DNA of 64,000 bases from Rhina ancylostomus. Taxonomy: Eukaryota. The notes below the pieces were generated by a model that was given only the letters and a program-made list of their open reading frames with translations, was not told the origin of the DNA and did no database searches. Positions within the stretch are counted from its first letter, which is position 1. Each line of letters opens with the position of its first letter. The stretch covers positions 62,236,894 to 62,300,893 of the forward strand of contig JARFYF010000112.1 in NCBI GenBank assembly GCA_030265395.1, in the 5' to 3' direction. Positions 36,101-48,419 of the stretch are shown here, piece after piece. A program made the position numbers and the translations under genes.

Positions 36101-37284
36101 TTCTTATTTTTTTTATTATGTAGAGGCTGTAACATTAGACTTTTTATCTGTTTGCAATAAAAGTAATCTCCTGAACAAAAGTCCTGGATCCTGATATTAT
36201 TAGAATACTGCCTCGGATGGTGCATGACACTTCCTATTTTTAATACATATTTAAAAATTGCTGGCTAATTGTTGCAGATTTGAACATGCACAATTTGCAG
36301 GCCCATTAGAAAATCATGTGATTGACCCCATGCACAAGCCTTTCAGCATTGTGAATTGCCTTCCCATAAATTAGATGCCGGACATGGCAAGAAAATAATG
36401 AACGCAAGGTTTCATTTTGAATAGAAAAGTGTATTTTAATTAGATTCATTGTTAATTTATAGCATTTAAATGTACACCTGAGTGTACTTGTAATCACCTT
36501 TTTAAAAAGTATGTTAATGTCTTCAAACATATAAGGAGATTAGAGATTTTATCGTTGCATTAAAGTTTTAAGAATAAGCAATTAAGGATTTCAAAGACAA
36601 AGTGCATTTGAAGTTTGAAATTACAAAGCCATCCTTTTGATGAAGGACATCTCTGGGTCGACCAGGGAGTAATTACAGTGACCTTCCAATGATTTTGTTC
36701 AGTCTTTGAAAGACATCATACTGAGGATACAAATGCAAAGATTATGAATAGAAACCTAGTGTTTTTGACCTTCAAAACATCAGCACTGTACGGGCTAAAA
36801 TTATGTTGACATGTTGTTGCCACTGTTTCACAAACTTACCAAAGAGTTGCATTTCTAAATTATAATTAGAGTTATGTGCAGCATTCAGCATTATCCAAAA
36901 CATTTTAATCAGATGCTTTCAACTTCACTGTGTGCATAATGATTATACAGCAATTAGAATGTTCTTGCACAGAGCACCTTTTAGAATAAATAGAAGAAAG
37001 AAGTGGCAGGTGCCTCACTGAAATACACATAAAATAAGGATTTAGGAGAAGTTTCGCCAGGTCTCAAAATGAAGGTCCAAAGAAAAGGGGGAAGTAAAGA
37101 AGTGATGGTGTTTGGAAGAGGAATCCAAGTTCCTAGAGTTATTAAATCAAGGTAATGGGGGGTGAGGGGTATGCAGTAGCAAGTGGAGTCAGACACTGAA
37201 AGAGTTCAGGAAATGGGATGAGAGGGATGGAGGAGATTAACCCATGGAAGTGCGTTATACTGAAAGGGATGTAAAAATGTCAGT

Positions 37285-37885
37285 AGAGGCAAGAAGAGGC
37301 CATTCATGCCTGCTCCACAGTTCAATATGATCTTTTACCTCAGTGCCTCATTCCTTCACCAATCACATATCCACTGATTCCATTAATATTTTTTTAAAAA
37401 TCCATTAATTTCTCTCTTAAAATGACTCAGCAACTAAGCCTCCACAATCCTCTTCAGGAATGAATTCTAAAGATCACAAATGTCTGGACAAAGATATTTC
37501 TTCTCATCTCTCCCTGAATGATCAATCCCTTATTTTAATTCTGTGATGTCTGGTTCTGGACCCCTCTAAACCACAAGAAACATCATCTCTGCATCTACCA
37601 TCTACCCTATCAATCTTAGAAGAAATTTGTCTATTTTAATGAGATCACCTCTCATTCTTATAAACTTTAGAGATCATAGGCTTGGTCTGCTTACTCTCTC
37701 CCCATAGGACAACTAACCTACCGTTCTCCCACCCTCATCCTTGGAATCAGTCTGGTGAACTTTCTTTTCAATGCATCTACCATAAAAATGTAATTTCTTA
37801 GAGAGGGAGAGAAATCTACACACAATATTCCAGCAAGACCCAAAAGCTCCAAAAACCCATTTGCCTTCCTAATTTCTGATTAATT
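37285..37885 (-). mobile_element. Old CR1-like LINE 3' region
   Basis: ggccattcatgcctgctccacagttcaatatgatc tail; ttaatgagatcacctctcattctt (RMRGDLIK reverse complement). Confidence 0.7.
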
Positions 37886-38884
37886 GCCCATATTGAACAA
37901 AGCCTCAGTTGAAACAAGGACGTCAACAGTTGTTAATGACGTTATGGAAAGGAAAAGCTGGGGGATCTTGCAGGGTTCCTATGGTCTAGGAGGAGCTGAT
38001 GGAGTTTGATGAAAGCTTCTCTTCAGTGGAGAGTCAGCATGATATAAAGATTGACAAGAGAAGGCTCTGTTTGTAGGATATAGTCTTCATAATTCTGAGC
38101 TTTAAAAGCCAGCATTTTACCCCCTGAGTGAAGAAATTCTCAACACCAATCCTAACTTTGCTTTTTATTAGTATAAAACTGTGATCATCTGTACTATCAT
38201 TACAACTTAATTTGAAGCGTGTTTACCTTCAATGCAGTGATTATCAATTAGAGTGTCACTTTTAATTTGCCTCCTTTTCAGTGTCCCAGGCCTCTGACCA
38301 CAGGGCCCAAAATCATCGCTCTTTACATATCTCCTCAAAGATTTGATCATCTTCTTATGTCCAGTCTCAGTACACATGATGTTGGCTGCCATGCCATTGT
38401 GTAGGTTAAGCATGATTTTATAACACAGGTATCTATCCTTGTCTAGGCATTCAGAATTAAGTGCTCCATCTGGCTTGTTGTTACAAGAAGTCCATGTGGA
38501 TACTGTCTAAAATGATAATTAAATGCTGCCCACACTATTTATTTCTATTTATCTTATCCATTTATTTACTGTTTTTCATGACCCCTCATCAAATGTCACA
38601 GGAAGTACGAGACCTAAAAGTTTTATAGCTGAAAAAGGAATCTATTTCTGAGCATGCACAAGTGAATTCATCAATCTCACTCTCCCAGAGGGGAGTCATA
38701 GGCAAAGAAAGCACAGATCCGAGAATGGTGGAAAATATTTTATCATTGATTCTCTAACTGAAGCTCACTGTCAGCAAATATTCCATTAAAGATATAAAAT
38801 ACAGTAGTTGGATTTACTCTCTCATTGTAAAGAGAATACCTAATCGTATCTCTTGAGCTTCTCAGAGGCTATATGTTTTGTTTA

Positions 38885-39135
38885 GTCATTTATAGTGCGG
38901 GCATTGCTAATAATATCAGGATGTATTGTTTATTTCCTAATTGTCCTTGAAGGTGGTAGTGAGCCACCACCTTCTTGAATCACCAGTGTAAGTACTTCCA
39001 TGATGCTATAGATAGGGAGTTCCAGGATTTAGAACCAGTGCAAATTAAAGGGCAGCAAATCAGGGTTGCTTGGGGCTTGGAGGAAGATGGGAATTCCTTT
39101 GCACTTGCTGCCCTTGTCCTTCTGAGTGGTAGAAA
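38885..39135 (-). mobile_element. 3' end of the 27390-family LINE
   Basis: cctaattgtccttgaaggtggtagtgagccaccaccttcttgaa...gggagttccaggattt. Confidence 0.65.
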
Positions 39136-39849
39136 TGAGCAGTTTGTTGGATAAGATATCCAGCCTTTTTTAATTTAATTAATGAAACTGGCAATAAGAG
39201 AGTGCTAATCTGATGTTAAGAACTAACATTTTGAGAGTCACCTCACCGATAAAGTTGAGAAAGGTTGAGATGTTGCCAATGTGCTCCTGGCTAATTGGAT
39301 TTGGATATATAAATCCATATCAAGGATTTGGGTATGGTGTGGAGGCCTATGATATTGCAGGAATTTTCATCCCAACCTGTCTTAATCCCTTCATTCAAGA
39401 CAAAGATATACAGCAGGTACAGGCCTTAATATAGAGATGAAATCCATAGGTCTTTGTCAGAATTTCATATCACATGCAATAAATATAACAGTTAGATTGA
39501 ATCTATTTTCAGTGCAGTTTTAAACAACTTGTGAGATTTAAAATCAATTTTTGTTTTGTGTTTTTGTGTAAATGCCCAAGATAATTACATTACACAACTT
39601 AATTTACTATACAAATGGACATAATTATATCCCAAACTCCTTAAGCATTTTTTAAAATAAAAACATCATTATCAAATTGAGGTTGAAACTGTTACTCAAT
39701 CAGTTGGATCTGCCTACTGTTATTGGTCTAGTTTCCATGGATGTTTGTAACAGCAGTAGGTGGAGAATGTCAACAACCACTCCTAACACTGAGAACACTG
39801 ACATGACTCTATGAGCTTTGGCAGATTAGTCTCAGAGATGTTTATTCCA

Positions 39850-40026
39850 ATAAACCTACCAACCTGCACATCTTTGGGATGTGGGAGGAAACCAGAACAT
39901 CCAGAAGAAACCCATGCAGTTACTGTGAGAAAGTGCAAACTTCACATAGACAGGATCAGAGGACAGGATCAAATTCTGGTTGCTGGGGCTATGAGACAGC
40001 AGCTCTACTGGCTACACCACAGTGCC
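39850..40026 (-). mobile_element. V-SINE 5' portion
   Basis: catctttgggatgtgggaggaaaccagaacatccagaagaaacccatgcag. Confidence 0.75.
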
Positions 40027-41736
40027 TGAAATCTGAACTTGTTTCCCTTATGGACACAGCACAGAGACCAGCAAACGATGCACAGGAAGTGCAGTTAAAT
40101 AAAAGATGACTTCACTGCAGTTAGAGAAAATCTCATTGAGATGACATACTGCCTCAACAAGGTTTAAGGATTTGTCTGGACCTGCTTTAAGGATGAGGCG
40201 CAGTACAGAGGTCAGGAAACTTCTCTACAATAGGAGAAGGCAGCTTTGCGAGTGTGTGTGATCCTGGGCTGCACTTTCATAACATCTAAAGGGCAGATCA
40301 ATAGCTATGTAAACAAAAACTTTGAGAGAATCTCACCTGTACACCTCCCTAAGGAAGAAATGATTTGTGCCTGTCGTGAGAAGGCCAAGTCAAGAGCAAG
40401 GTTAAATGAAAGCATTTAGAAGCAGGGTTTTGGATGGTACTGCACTGTAATGATGTATACTTAAAGAATACTAATTCTTCTATAACTTCCACAGAAGNNN
40501 NNNNNNNNNNNNNNNNNNNNNNNNNNNNNNNNNNNNNNNNNNNNNNNNNNNNNNNNNNNNNNNNNNNNNNNNNNNNNNNNNNNNNNNNNNNNNNNNNNNN
40601 NNNNNNNNNNNNNNNNNNNNNNNNNNNNNNNNNNNNNNNNNNNNNNNNNNNNNNNNNNNNNNNNNNNNNNNNNNNNNNNNNNNNNNNNNNNNNNNNNNNN
40701 NNNNNNNNNNNNNNNNNNNNNNNNNNNNNNNNNNNNNNNNNNNNNNNNNNNNNNNNNNNNNNNNNNNNNNNNNNNTATGATTATCTAAGATTTGAGTGAT
40801 ATCCAGATCTCTTTGTAATATTTGTACGAACTTTGATGCTACATACCAATTTATATTGATTTGAAAACTAATAAAAAAGATTGAAAAAGAAAGAAAGATT
40901 TCTTTCAGATGCCAACCCTAACTCCTGTGAGTAATAAGAAACATGGAGGTAAATTTCTGTGAGTATTTTTCTGCTGATCAAACACAACTTAACAGAATCA
41001 CTGAGAGAATCCTCTGAATTGTATGAACAGTTATATTATTATATATATATACACGGGTCTTCCATCAAATTAATGGTGGATGACATGAGAATTCCTATGA
41101 AGTTTGTCTCCTTTGATGCATAATCACAAATGGCATCTGTATAAAAATTATTCCTACAGATCCTGGACATTGAAATAAAATTTGCAGAATTGATTGAAGA
41201 TACCCAATAGATCAGGCAGCAATTAAGCTCTCATTTCTAGGCAGGCCAATACAAAGTTATCCATCAAAAACATTAGCTCAGTTTCTCTCTTCCTCAGATG
41301 CTGGCTGACTTGTCAGATATTTGTGGCCATTACTCCTTTCAAAGTGCACCAGGTACAAAGAATTGCTTGAGAATATGGTCACGTCCTAAGAAGGTAATTG
41401 CAGTGGCCATTGCAAGCATAGCTTTCTCCCAGACACAGCCAAAAGATGAATAACCAATTAAAGGAAACTTACTTAACCTCTAGTTTCTAGTGTGTTACAG
41501 CATACTTTTTAATGTTAATTGGTCAAGGGATAATTATTGGCCAGAGCATTAGGTGAATGCTGAATCAATATGTCACCTGGAGAACAGTATCTTTGGCAAT
41601 ACAGAATTAACTCTGCACCAAACTGAATTATTATTGCAGATCCAAATCACTTGAGCCACATTGACATAAGACATATCAGGATCTTTTTTCTTTAGTGCAG
41701 CTTTATCCATATTCAGAGGCTTTGTTTACTTTGCAG

Positions 41737-42215
41737 GTTGGTATTGGTTTATTATTGTTACTTGTACGGAGGTACAGTGAAAAACTTGTCTTACAAACTG
41801 ATTGTACAGGTCAATTCATTACACAGTGCAGTTACATTGAGTCAGTACAGAGTNNNNNNNNNNNNNNNNNNNNNNNNNNNNNNNNNNNNNNNNNNNNNNN
41901 NNNNNNNNNNNNNNNNNNNNNNNNNNNNNNNNNNNNNNNNNNNNNNNNNNNNNAGTGGTATCATCTGCAAACTTGTAGATGGAGTTAGAGCAGAATCTGG
42001 CCACACAGTCGTGAGTGTATAGGGAGTAGACTAGAGGGCTGAGGACGCAGCCTTGTGGGGCACCAGTGTTGAGAATAATTGTGCTGGAGGTATTGCTGTC
42101 TATCCTCACTGATTGTGGTCTATTTGTTAGAAAGTCGAGGATCCAGTTACAGAGGGAGGAGTTGAGTCCTAGGTCTTGGAGTTTGGTGACAAGCTTGCTT
42201 GGAATTATTGTATTG
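41737..42215 (-). mobile_element. Rex1-like LINE (tail, gap, RT fragment)
   Basis: [42 protein letters not shown]. Confidence 0.88.
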
Positions 42216-42849
42216 GAACTATTGCAGCTTTATTATACAACAAAAGAACATGGAAAATTAACATTGATTAGTAAAGCACTTTTATAATAAAAATACATTT
42301 AGAAGCATGCCAGACTGTAACTCCAAGCTAATTGTTTAATGCATTGTACTGTGCTGATATGGGTGAGATACAATGGTTATGTGTCTGCATTGAGTACCTG
42401 ATAATCAAAATCAGTCCAAAAAATGTAGGAAACAGCACCATCTACTGCATGGATTTATCTGCAACAGCTGCTGTTATTAAAACCCCAAAGAGTCCAATCA
42501 TATTAACTACACACAGGAGGAAATTTCTAAGCTTTTGTTTAGTGTGACACCAAAGGAAATTGTACTATAATGCATGGTGCTTAAGGATTTTGCCAGTTAT
42601 ATTAAAAAATGGCTGTTTTATTTACAGTGTTCTGAATTAATAGTCAGACACAATGGGGATATTTTAATTCTACCTCATAGATGTGACTAGAATTGCAGCA
42701 TCAAATAGGGTGAAATGTATCAAAGCTGTTGGTATAGCAAAGTGGGCAAAAGGATATCCCTCAAAAATCTGACACAAATTTATAGAGGAAACTTTAACTC
42801 GAGGTGACAACAGGCAATACTTGGTCATCCCCCAGTAAAATTAAGAGGG

Positions 42850-43190
42850 GAGAAATAGGTTCTTTGGCCCATTAACTCCATATCGACCATCAACCACACC
42901 TTTACTCTAATCCTACATTAATCCAACTTTTGTTTTCTCCCCACATCCCCATTAACTCCCCTACAGATTCCACTATTCACCAACACCAGGGGTAATTTAC
43001 AATGGTGAATTAACCTATCAACCCGCACACTTTTGGGATGTGGGAGGAAACTGGATCATCCAGAAGAGATCTGCTCTGTTATAGGAAAAATGTACACACT
43101 CAACACAGACAGCACCCGAGGTCAGAATTGAACCCACGTCTCTGGTGCTGTGAGACAGTAACTCTGCCAGCTGTGCCACTGTGCTGCCCA
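42850..43190 (-). mobile_element. Full-length V-SINE with CR1-type tail
   Basis: Tail ggttctttggccc, V-domain reverse complement ttgggatgtgggaggaaactgg, B-box reverse complement gaattgaaccc, head gtgccactgtgctgcc. Confidence 0.85.
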
Positions 43191-43804
43191 ATTTTCAGTA
43201 TGACACTTAGCAAATCACAATACAGACATTTGCTATCTAGTAGAGGAATCCATTCCTCTGAGAGGTGGAAAGCCAAGTGTTGAACAATAAAGTTTTAAGT
43301 GATTTTGTGGGAACTCTGTAAGGTATGGAATTCTTTGTCGTCTTAAATTTTGGAGTCAACTCTTCACAACTGATCCGAGGAGAAATCTCTTCACTTTGAA
43401 TTCTCCACCTCGAGGCCATGTCCTCCATATGAATTTTTAGACATTAAAGACTATGAAGATTGAGTCTTAACATGAATTTGAAATTAAGTAGCACCTGAGA
43501 TCTTACCAAATGGCAAAGCAAGCTTATGACCAACTCATCCACTCATTCCTATTGTTCTTCCTTTCTCATGTCTCCAGTAAATCAGCCATGAGAACCTCTC
43601 TTCATGACTTAGCTGAAGGTGAGGCTTGGTGCTGGCTGCAAAAGAGAAGTCTAGTCAGTGGACAATGTGCTTACAGAAAATATACAGGTGCTCTTTGCAG
43701 GCAGGTATATGTATGGAAACGTTTCCTGGCATCTATGTGAAACTGAGCCAGACCATACGCAAACCCCATCTCACATTTACTTGACCTCAGTTTTGGAACA
43801 TTCA

Positions 43805-44105
43805 TTTTTCATTTCTTCAGGAGGTGTGGACTTCACTGGAAAGTGCAATATTTATTGTCCATCCCTAATTACCCTGAACTGAGCCGGCAATTTGGAGTCA
43901 ACCATATTGCTGTGCGTCTGGATATTGACCAGACTGGGTAAGGGTAACAAATTGGATTTTCAGAACAATCCAATAGTTTCATGGTTACCAATATTGCAAC
44001 TTGCTTCTAATTCAAGATATGCTTAAGTATTTGATTCAGATTCACGCTTTTGGATTAATGGTCCTGACCACTAACTGCTGGCCCAGTAGCAACCATTATC
44101 TTACC
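43805..44105 (-). mobile_element. Old SINE (second family) sharing the AATTAGGG-type tail
   Basis: atttattgtccatccctaattaccctgaactgag...gagtcaaccatattgctgtgcgtctgga. Confidence 0.6.
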
Positions 44106-44834
44106 ATATACTTTAACGTTATCTATTTCCACTTCTGTTGTATCACATAATTCTACCGCTGCCTCAGCTAATTCATTGGGGAAACCCTGAGCCATGTTTT
44201 TGTTACCTCTAGATTTAACCTATCTTGCTAGATGGCCTATCTTGCTCTAAAAACATGAGGCCATCAGAAACAATGCTAATTTACAGTTAATCTCATTTGG
44301 ACATCAATTTGTCAAATAAAACTAAATAGTTTATAAAACTGTTTATTTTCTGAAGAAATTTACTTGTAAAGCTGTACTCTATGAAGGAAAAAAATGAGTG
44401 GGTAAAAGAGAAACAGTGTGAATAAAATGCATGCTCCTTGTTTGAGATTTCAACATTGTGATCTGCTTTATATTTTTAAGCATATTCCATCCTGATTCAA
44501 TTACCTTTCAACTTGCAGTACCAAATGGCACATACCCAAGGAAAGATCTGAGATTACTCCATTGGTTTTTTTCTCTCCATAATATTTGGCTTAAATGTGG
44601 ACTCCTTTACTGAATGAAAACAGATCCTGAGCTATCTTTAGTCTTCCCAGCCTAGCAATCCAAGGTCACCTTCCACTGATGCTTTTCATGTTCTGACACC
44701 TCTGACGAGATTTGAGGTTTCATGCCCAGCTATACCAGGCTTTCTGTAGATCTGAGGTCTCATTCTAATTTTCTCCGTCTAATAAAATTTTCAGTTTGTT
44801 TAATTTTCAACTCCTTTGCACTTGGTCCTCTGTA

Positions 44835-45117
44835 CAGACCCATACCTCAAGGTTCAACAGCAGCTTCTTTCCCACTCCCATCAGGTTCTTGAACCAAGCT
44901 GAAAAACCNNNNNNNNNNNNNNNNNNNNNNNNNNNNNNNNNNNNNNNNNNNNNNNNNNNNNNNNNNNNNNNNNNNNNNNNNNNNNNNNNNNNNNNNNNNN
45001 NNNNNNNNNNNNNNNNNNNNNNNNNNNNNNNNNNNNNNNNNNNNNNNNNNAAAAGCTAATTTTTCATGGCATTTCACTGGATATGTATGCCTATGGGAAT
45101 AAACCTGAACTTGAACT
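44835..45117 (+). mobile_element. Rex1-like LINE 3' end spanning a gap
   Basis: THTSRFNSSFFPTPIRFLN ORF terminus; tail aataaacctgaacttgaac. Confidence 0.75.
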
Positions 45118-45468
45118 ACAGAAATAGTTCTTCAAGTCCTACATAGATAATTTCTGAATATTTCTATTATACAACTGCCTGATCAGCAAACTTATGGTTA
45201 TCAAAAAGTACAACATCACTTTTCCTATCCGTGCCACCTGTGTCTCACATACTGGTACCAGGAGAGCAGAACATAGGTTAGAGGGCTAAATTGTACAAGA
45301 AGGGATGTGCATGCTCTGGTCAGGCCCATGATGAATGAAATCTATTGGGTCTGCTTGCTGTAAAGTAACTCCTTTCAGAGGGCTCTGTAAAGTATCTTTT
45401 AACATGGCAAGCTGTTCTTTCTGTAACTGTACATGTGTTCATATTGTGATCCTTTAGACAAGGGATTC

Positions 45469-46043
45469 ATGTGGTCTGCTCTGAGTGTTCGGACTGCTGG
45501 ATTCCGCCAGGAGCATCTGCAGTCTGGGAAAGCTGCTGTGCGGCAAAGGCAAGAGGATTGCTCGAGAGCCTGTGGTGGAGCAGGAGTTCTGACATCATGG
45601 GGATGGACAGAGAGTTCAAAGTCATCAATGCCTCTGGGACTCTCGCGGAACTGGACAGACAATGGTGTGCAGATCTGTTAAGATCCAGTTCATACACTAT
45701 CTCATGTAGCGTTGTCAGAGTCTGTCTCATTCAGTCTGTCAACTTAAAAGTTCAATGTGTTAATAGATTCTGCATTTTGTTATTATTTTACCCTGTACTA
45801 CCTCAATGCACTGTTGTAATCAATTGACCTGTATAAATGGTGTGCAAGGCAAGTTTTCACTGTTCCTTGGTACAAGTGACAATAATAAACCAACACCAAG
45901 ACCAATACCATCCTCATGATGTCAGAACTTCTGCACCACCACAGGCTCTCAGAGAATACCTTTACCTGTGCCACACAGCCAGCTTTCCCAGACTGTAGAC
46001 AGTCCTGGTGGAATGTAGCAGTCTGAAGGCAGCACTTCCACAT
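45469..46043. repeat. ~135-bp inverted repeat (45469-45606 and 45908-46043) with a Rex1 tail in the spacer
   Basis: Arms give matching opposite-strand peptides ESLWWSRSSDIMGM / ESLWWCRSSDIMRM and QEHLQSGKA / QDCLQSGKA. Confidence 0.85.
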
Positions 46044-47884
46044 CAAGAGATTATTGAGATATCTCAAATGCACCCCCTCACCATAGAAAGAGGGCAGCCA
46101 ATAAGAGCCAAGGGGCAAGACATATTGCACTGGATAGAACCATGAAGCCAAAGCAGAAAACTAGAACAATGAGAAAGCAATGTGTTTAATAAAACAGAAT
46201 CTGAATTGTGCAGTGCCCTTAATTTATATTATGTTCACTGACAATCTAAATGAAAGGTAATGTTTAGGCAGTTGTGATTTTCATTTTTTAATGAATGAAG
46301 ATTTGTTCAACCTTGAAATGGAAAAAAATTGGGTCGAACAATGAAAAGGAATGCTCAATGGAGATGATCTAATGTATCGTATAATGTGGATTTTTTATAA
46401 TTAAAAGCAATGGGTTCAGTCCTCACAATGTGGAAGGGAATGACAAATCACTTGCTTTGGTTCTGTCATAATTAAAGGTAAAATGGTCTATCAGCTTTGT
46501 GGGTAACACCACATCTGCCAGATCCCCACATCTTGCCATGTCATCAGAACCTACATAGAGATTCATTTCCCCAACTGGAGGATCATCAGTGCCTTTCGTA
46601 ATGCTGGAAGGAACAGCAAACTTTGTGACTTAGAAATAGTAGCTATCTGGAATGAGCCTGATGCCAGGAAGTTGGGTTTGGCAGTGTCCTTGACCCCCAT
46701 CTAACTGTGTAAAGCCGGCAAGAATGCGAGTCTGGAACTCAGACCATAGATTTTTCAATGAACTTTGGCTTCAGTAGACCCTGCTCCACAGAGAGGTCAA
46801 GATAAGAAGATGGGGTCCTGTAGACTTGTTGGCTCTGTCACCATGAGTGTATAAGTACTTGTGTAGAAATATTTGGTGTCAACGTCAGGCTGCACAGGGG
46901 GTTCAAATTTAAACCCAATATATAATGTGCATGCATCAGTTTTCAATAGCTCTTCTTTGTTCTCGGGAAAGGATGAGAAAGCATCAGTGCACTCATGAAA
47001 CTGATGAGGTCCTTCAAAGTGCCTAGTAAACTTAAGATTTATAACGACACTTATCAGTGCAACAACAACTGATTTATTTTTCACATTGCCTAATAAAAGT
47101 TGAAAAATGTTGCTTTCTCTCATAATTATTTCCATAACACAAACTGTATGTGGTACCTTCCAGACTCATGACTGGATAATATTTAATTCCATCCCATATT
47201 TGTGCAGAGTGTGGTGATATCCCTTTACAGCTCTATATTTATCTCTTTTACATTATGATGTTCTTAATGGAATTTTAGAACGTGTCTGTGAGCAGCAGAT
47301 TGATCACAAGCAGTATGATCTTCATGGGCATCAAGAACACCCTGAATGTGAACAACACAAATAATAGGTGTACTATAAATGATATGGCTAGAAGTGTAGT
47401 ATGTTGCATTTTTTTCTCAACTTGCATTAATCACCTCACACTATATTGTTGCATTTAATTAATCTCCTGCAAAGTTCAGGGGATGGCTATTTAAATGAAT
47501 GTTATTGGAAAGTCTGCAGATTGTAGAAAGCATGTTTGTAAGAATATTTCTAGAAAGTGAAATAGTGTATAATTTTCATCCACAGACTATATCACATCTA
47601 TTATGTTATATATTCTTTCTTATCCATTTATTGGTTTCTGCACTTCCACAATTTCTACCCAATCTTCTCAATGTCCTCCCATGAATCCTGTGCATTCAAC
47701 ATTTTGTGCATTCCAATCCATGGTTTAAATCTCCTGAAGGGAGAATTCTGATTTCTTTTATGACTGACTAAAGAAAAATAGACTGTTTCTATATACCTTT
47801 ACCTCTTTGCATTATAATATTAGTCATTTACTTTATACAGATTTTTACGTCAAAGCATTTAGGTATCAGATTTAACATTCAGTT

Positions 47885-48100
47885 TCCCATCAGGCGTGGT
47901 ACAGTGGTAACATTCCTCTGCCTTGTGGGTTAGAAGGTTGCCTTTTTAATCTTCAAGGAGTATTGAGATATTATCATACTCCAATGTAGTACTGAAGGAG
48001 TACAGCACTGTTGGAAACATCATCTCGCTGATGTGATGTTAAAATGATATCCTGTTTGCACTCTCATGTGAGTATCAGTAACAATGTAAAAGCTATTGTG
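47885..48100 (+). mobile_element. Old Deu-domain SINE (SacSINE1-like)
   Basis: ctccaatgtagtactgaaggagtacagcactgttgga...gatgtgatgttaaa...cctgtttgcactctca resembles the Deu central domain. Confidence 0.55.
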
Positions 48101-48419
48101 AAAAGAAATAAATTTCCATCCTGAGCTAAATTTCTGATTTCAGCAGAAATTGTAATTGTTTCAAGAAGATTTTTTTCTCTAAAGTTCAACTAGGATTATA
48201 CCAAATATTGTATTATATCAAATATAAAATGTATCATGAACTATTGCAAGCCGACAACACATTTAAACTTAGTTCTCTTCTTTTAACAAAATGTTTTAAA
48301 GCTATTCCTTAATGTTGAGCAAGAATTTGACAAAGTTTGATTAGTGCAATTAAAGTTGAGCATGTCACAAAATATTTCTATGTTAATCCACCAGTTGTGA
48401 ATTATATAACTGCAGGGTG

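Noticed and set aside
46797-47135. 112-aa minus ORF in unique sequence
   Set aside because: No domain similarity or convincing splice signals; length compatible with chance.
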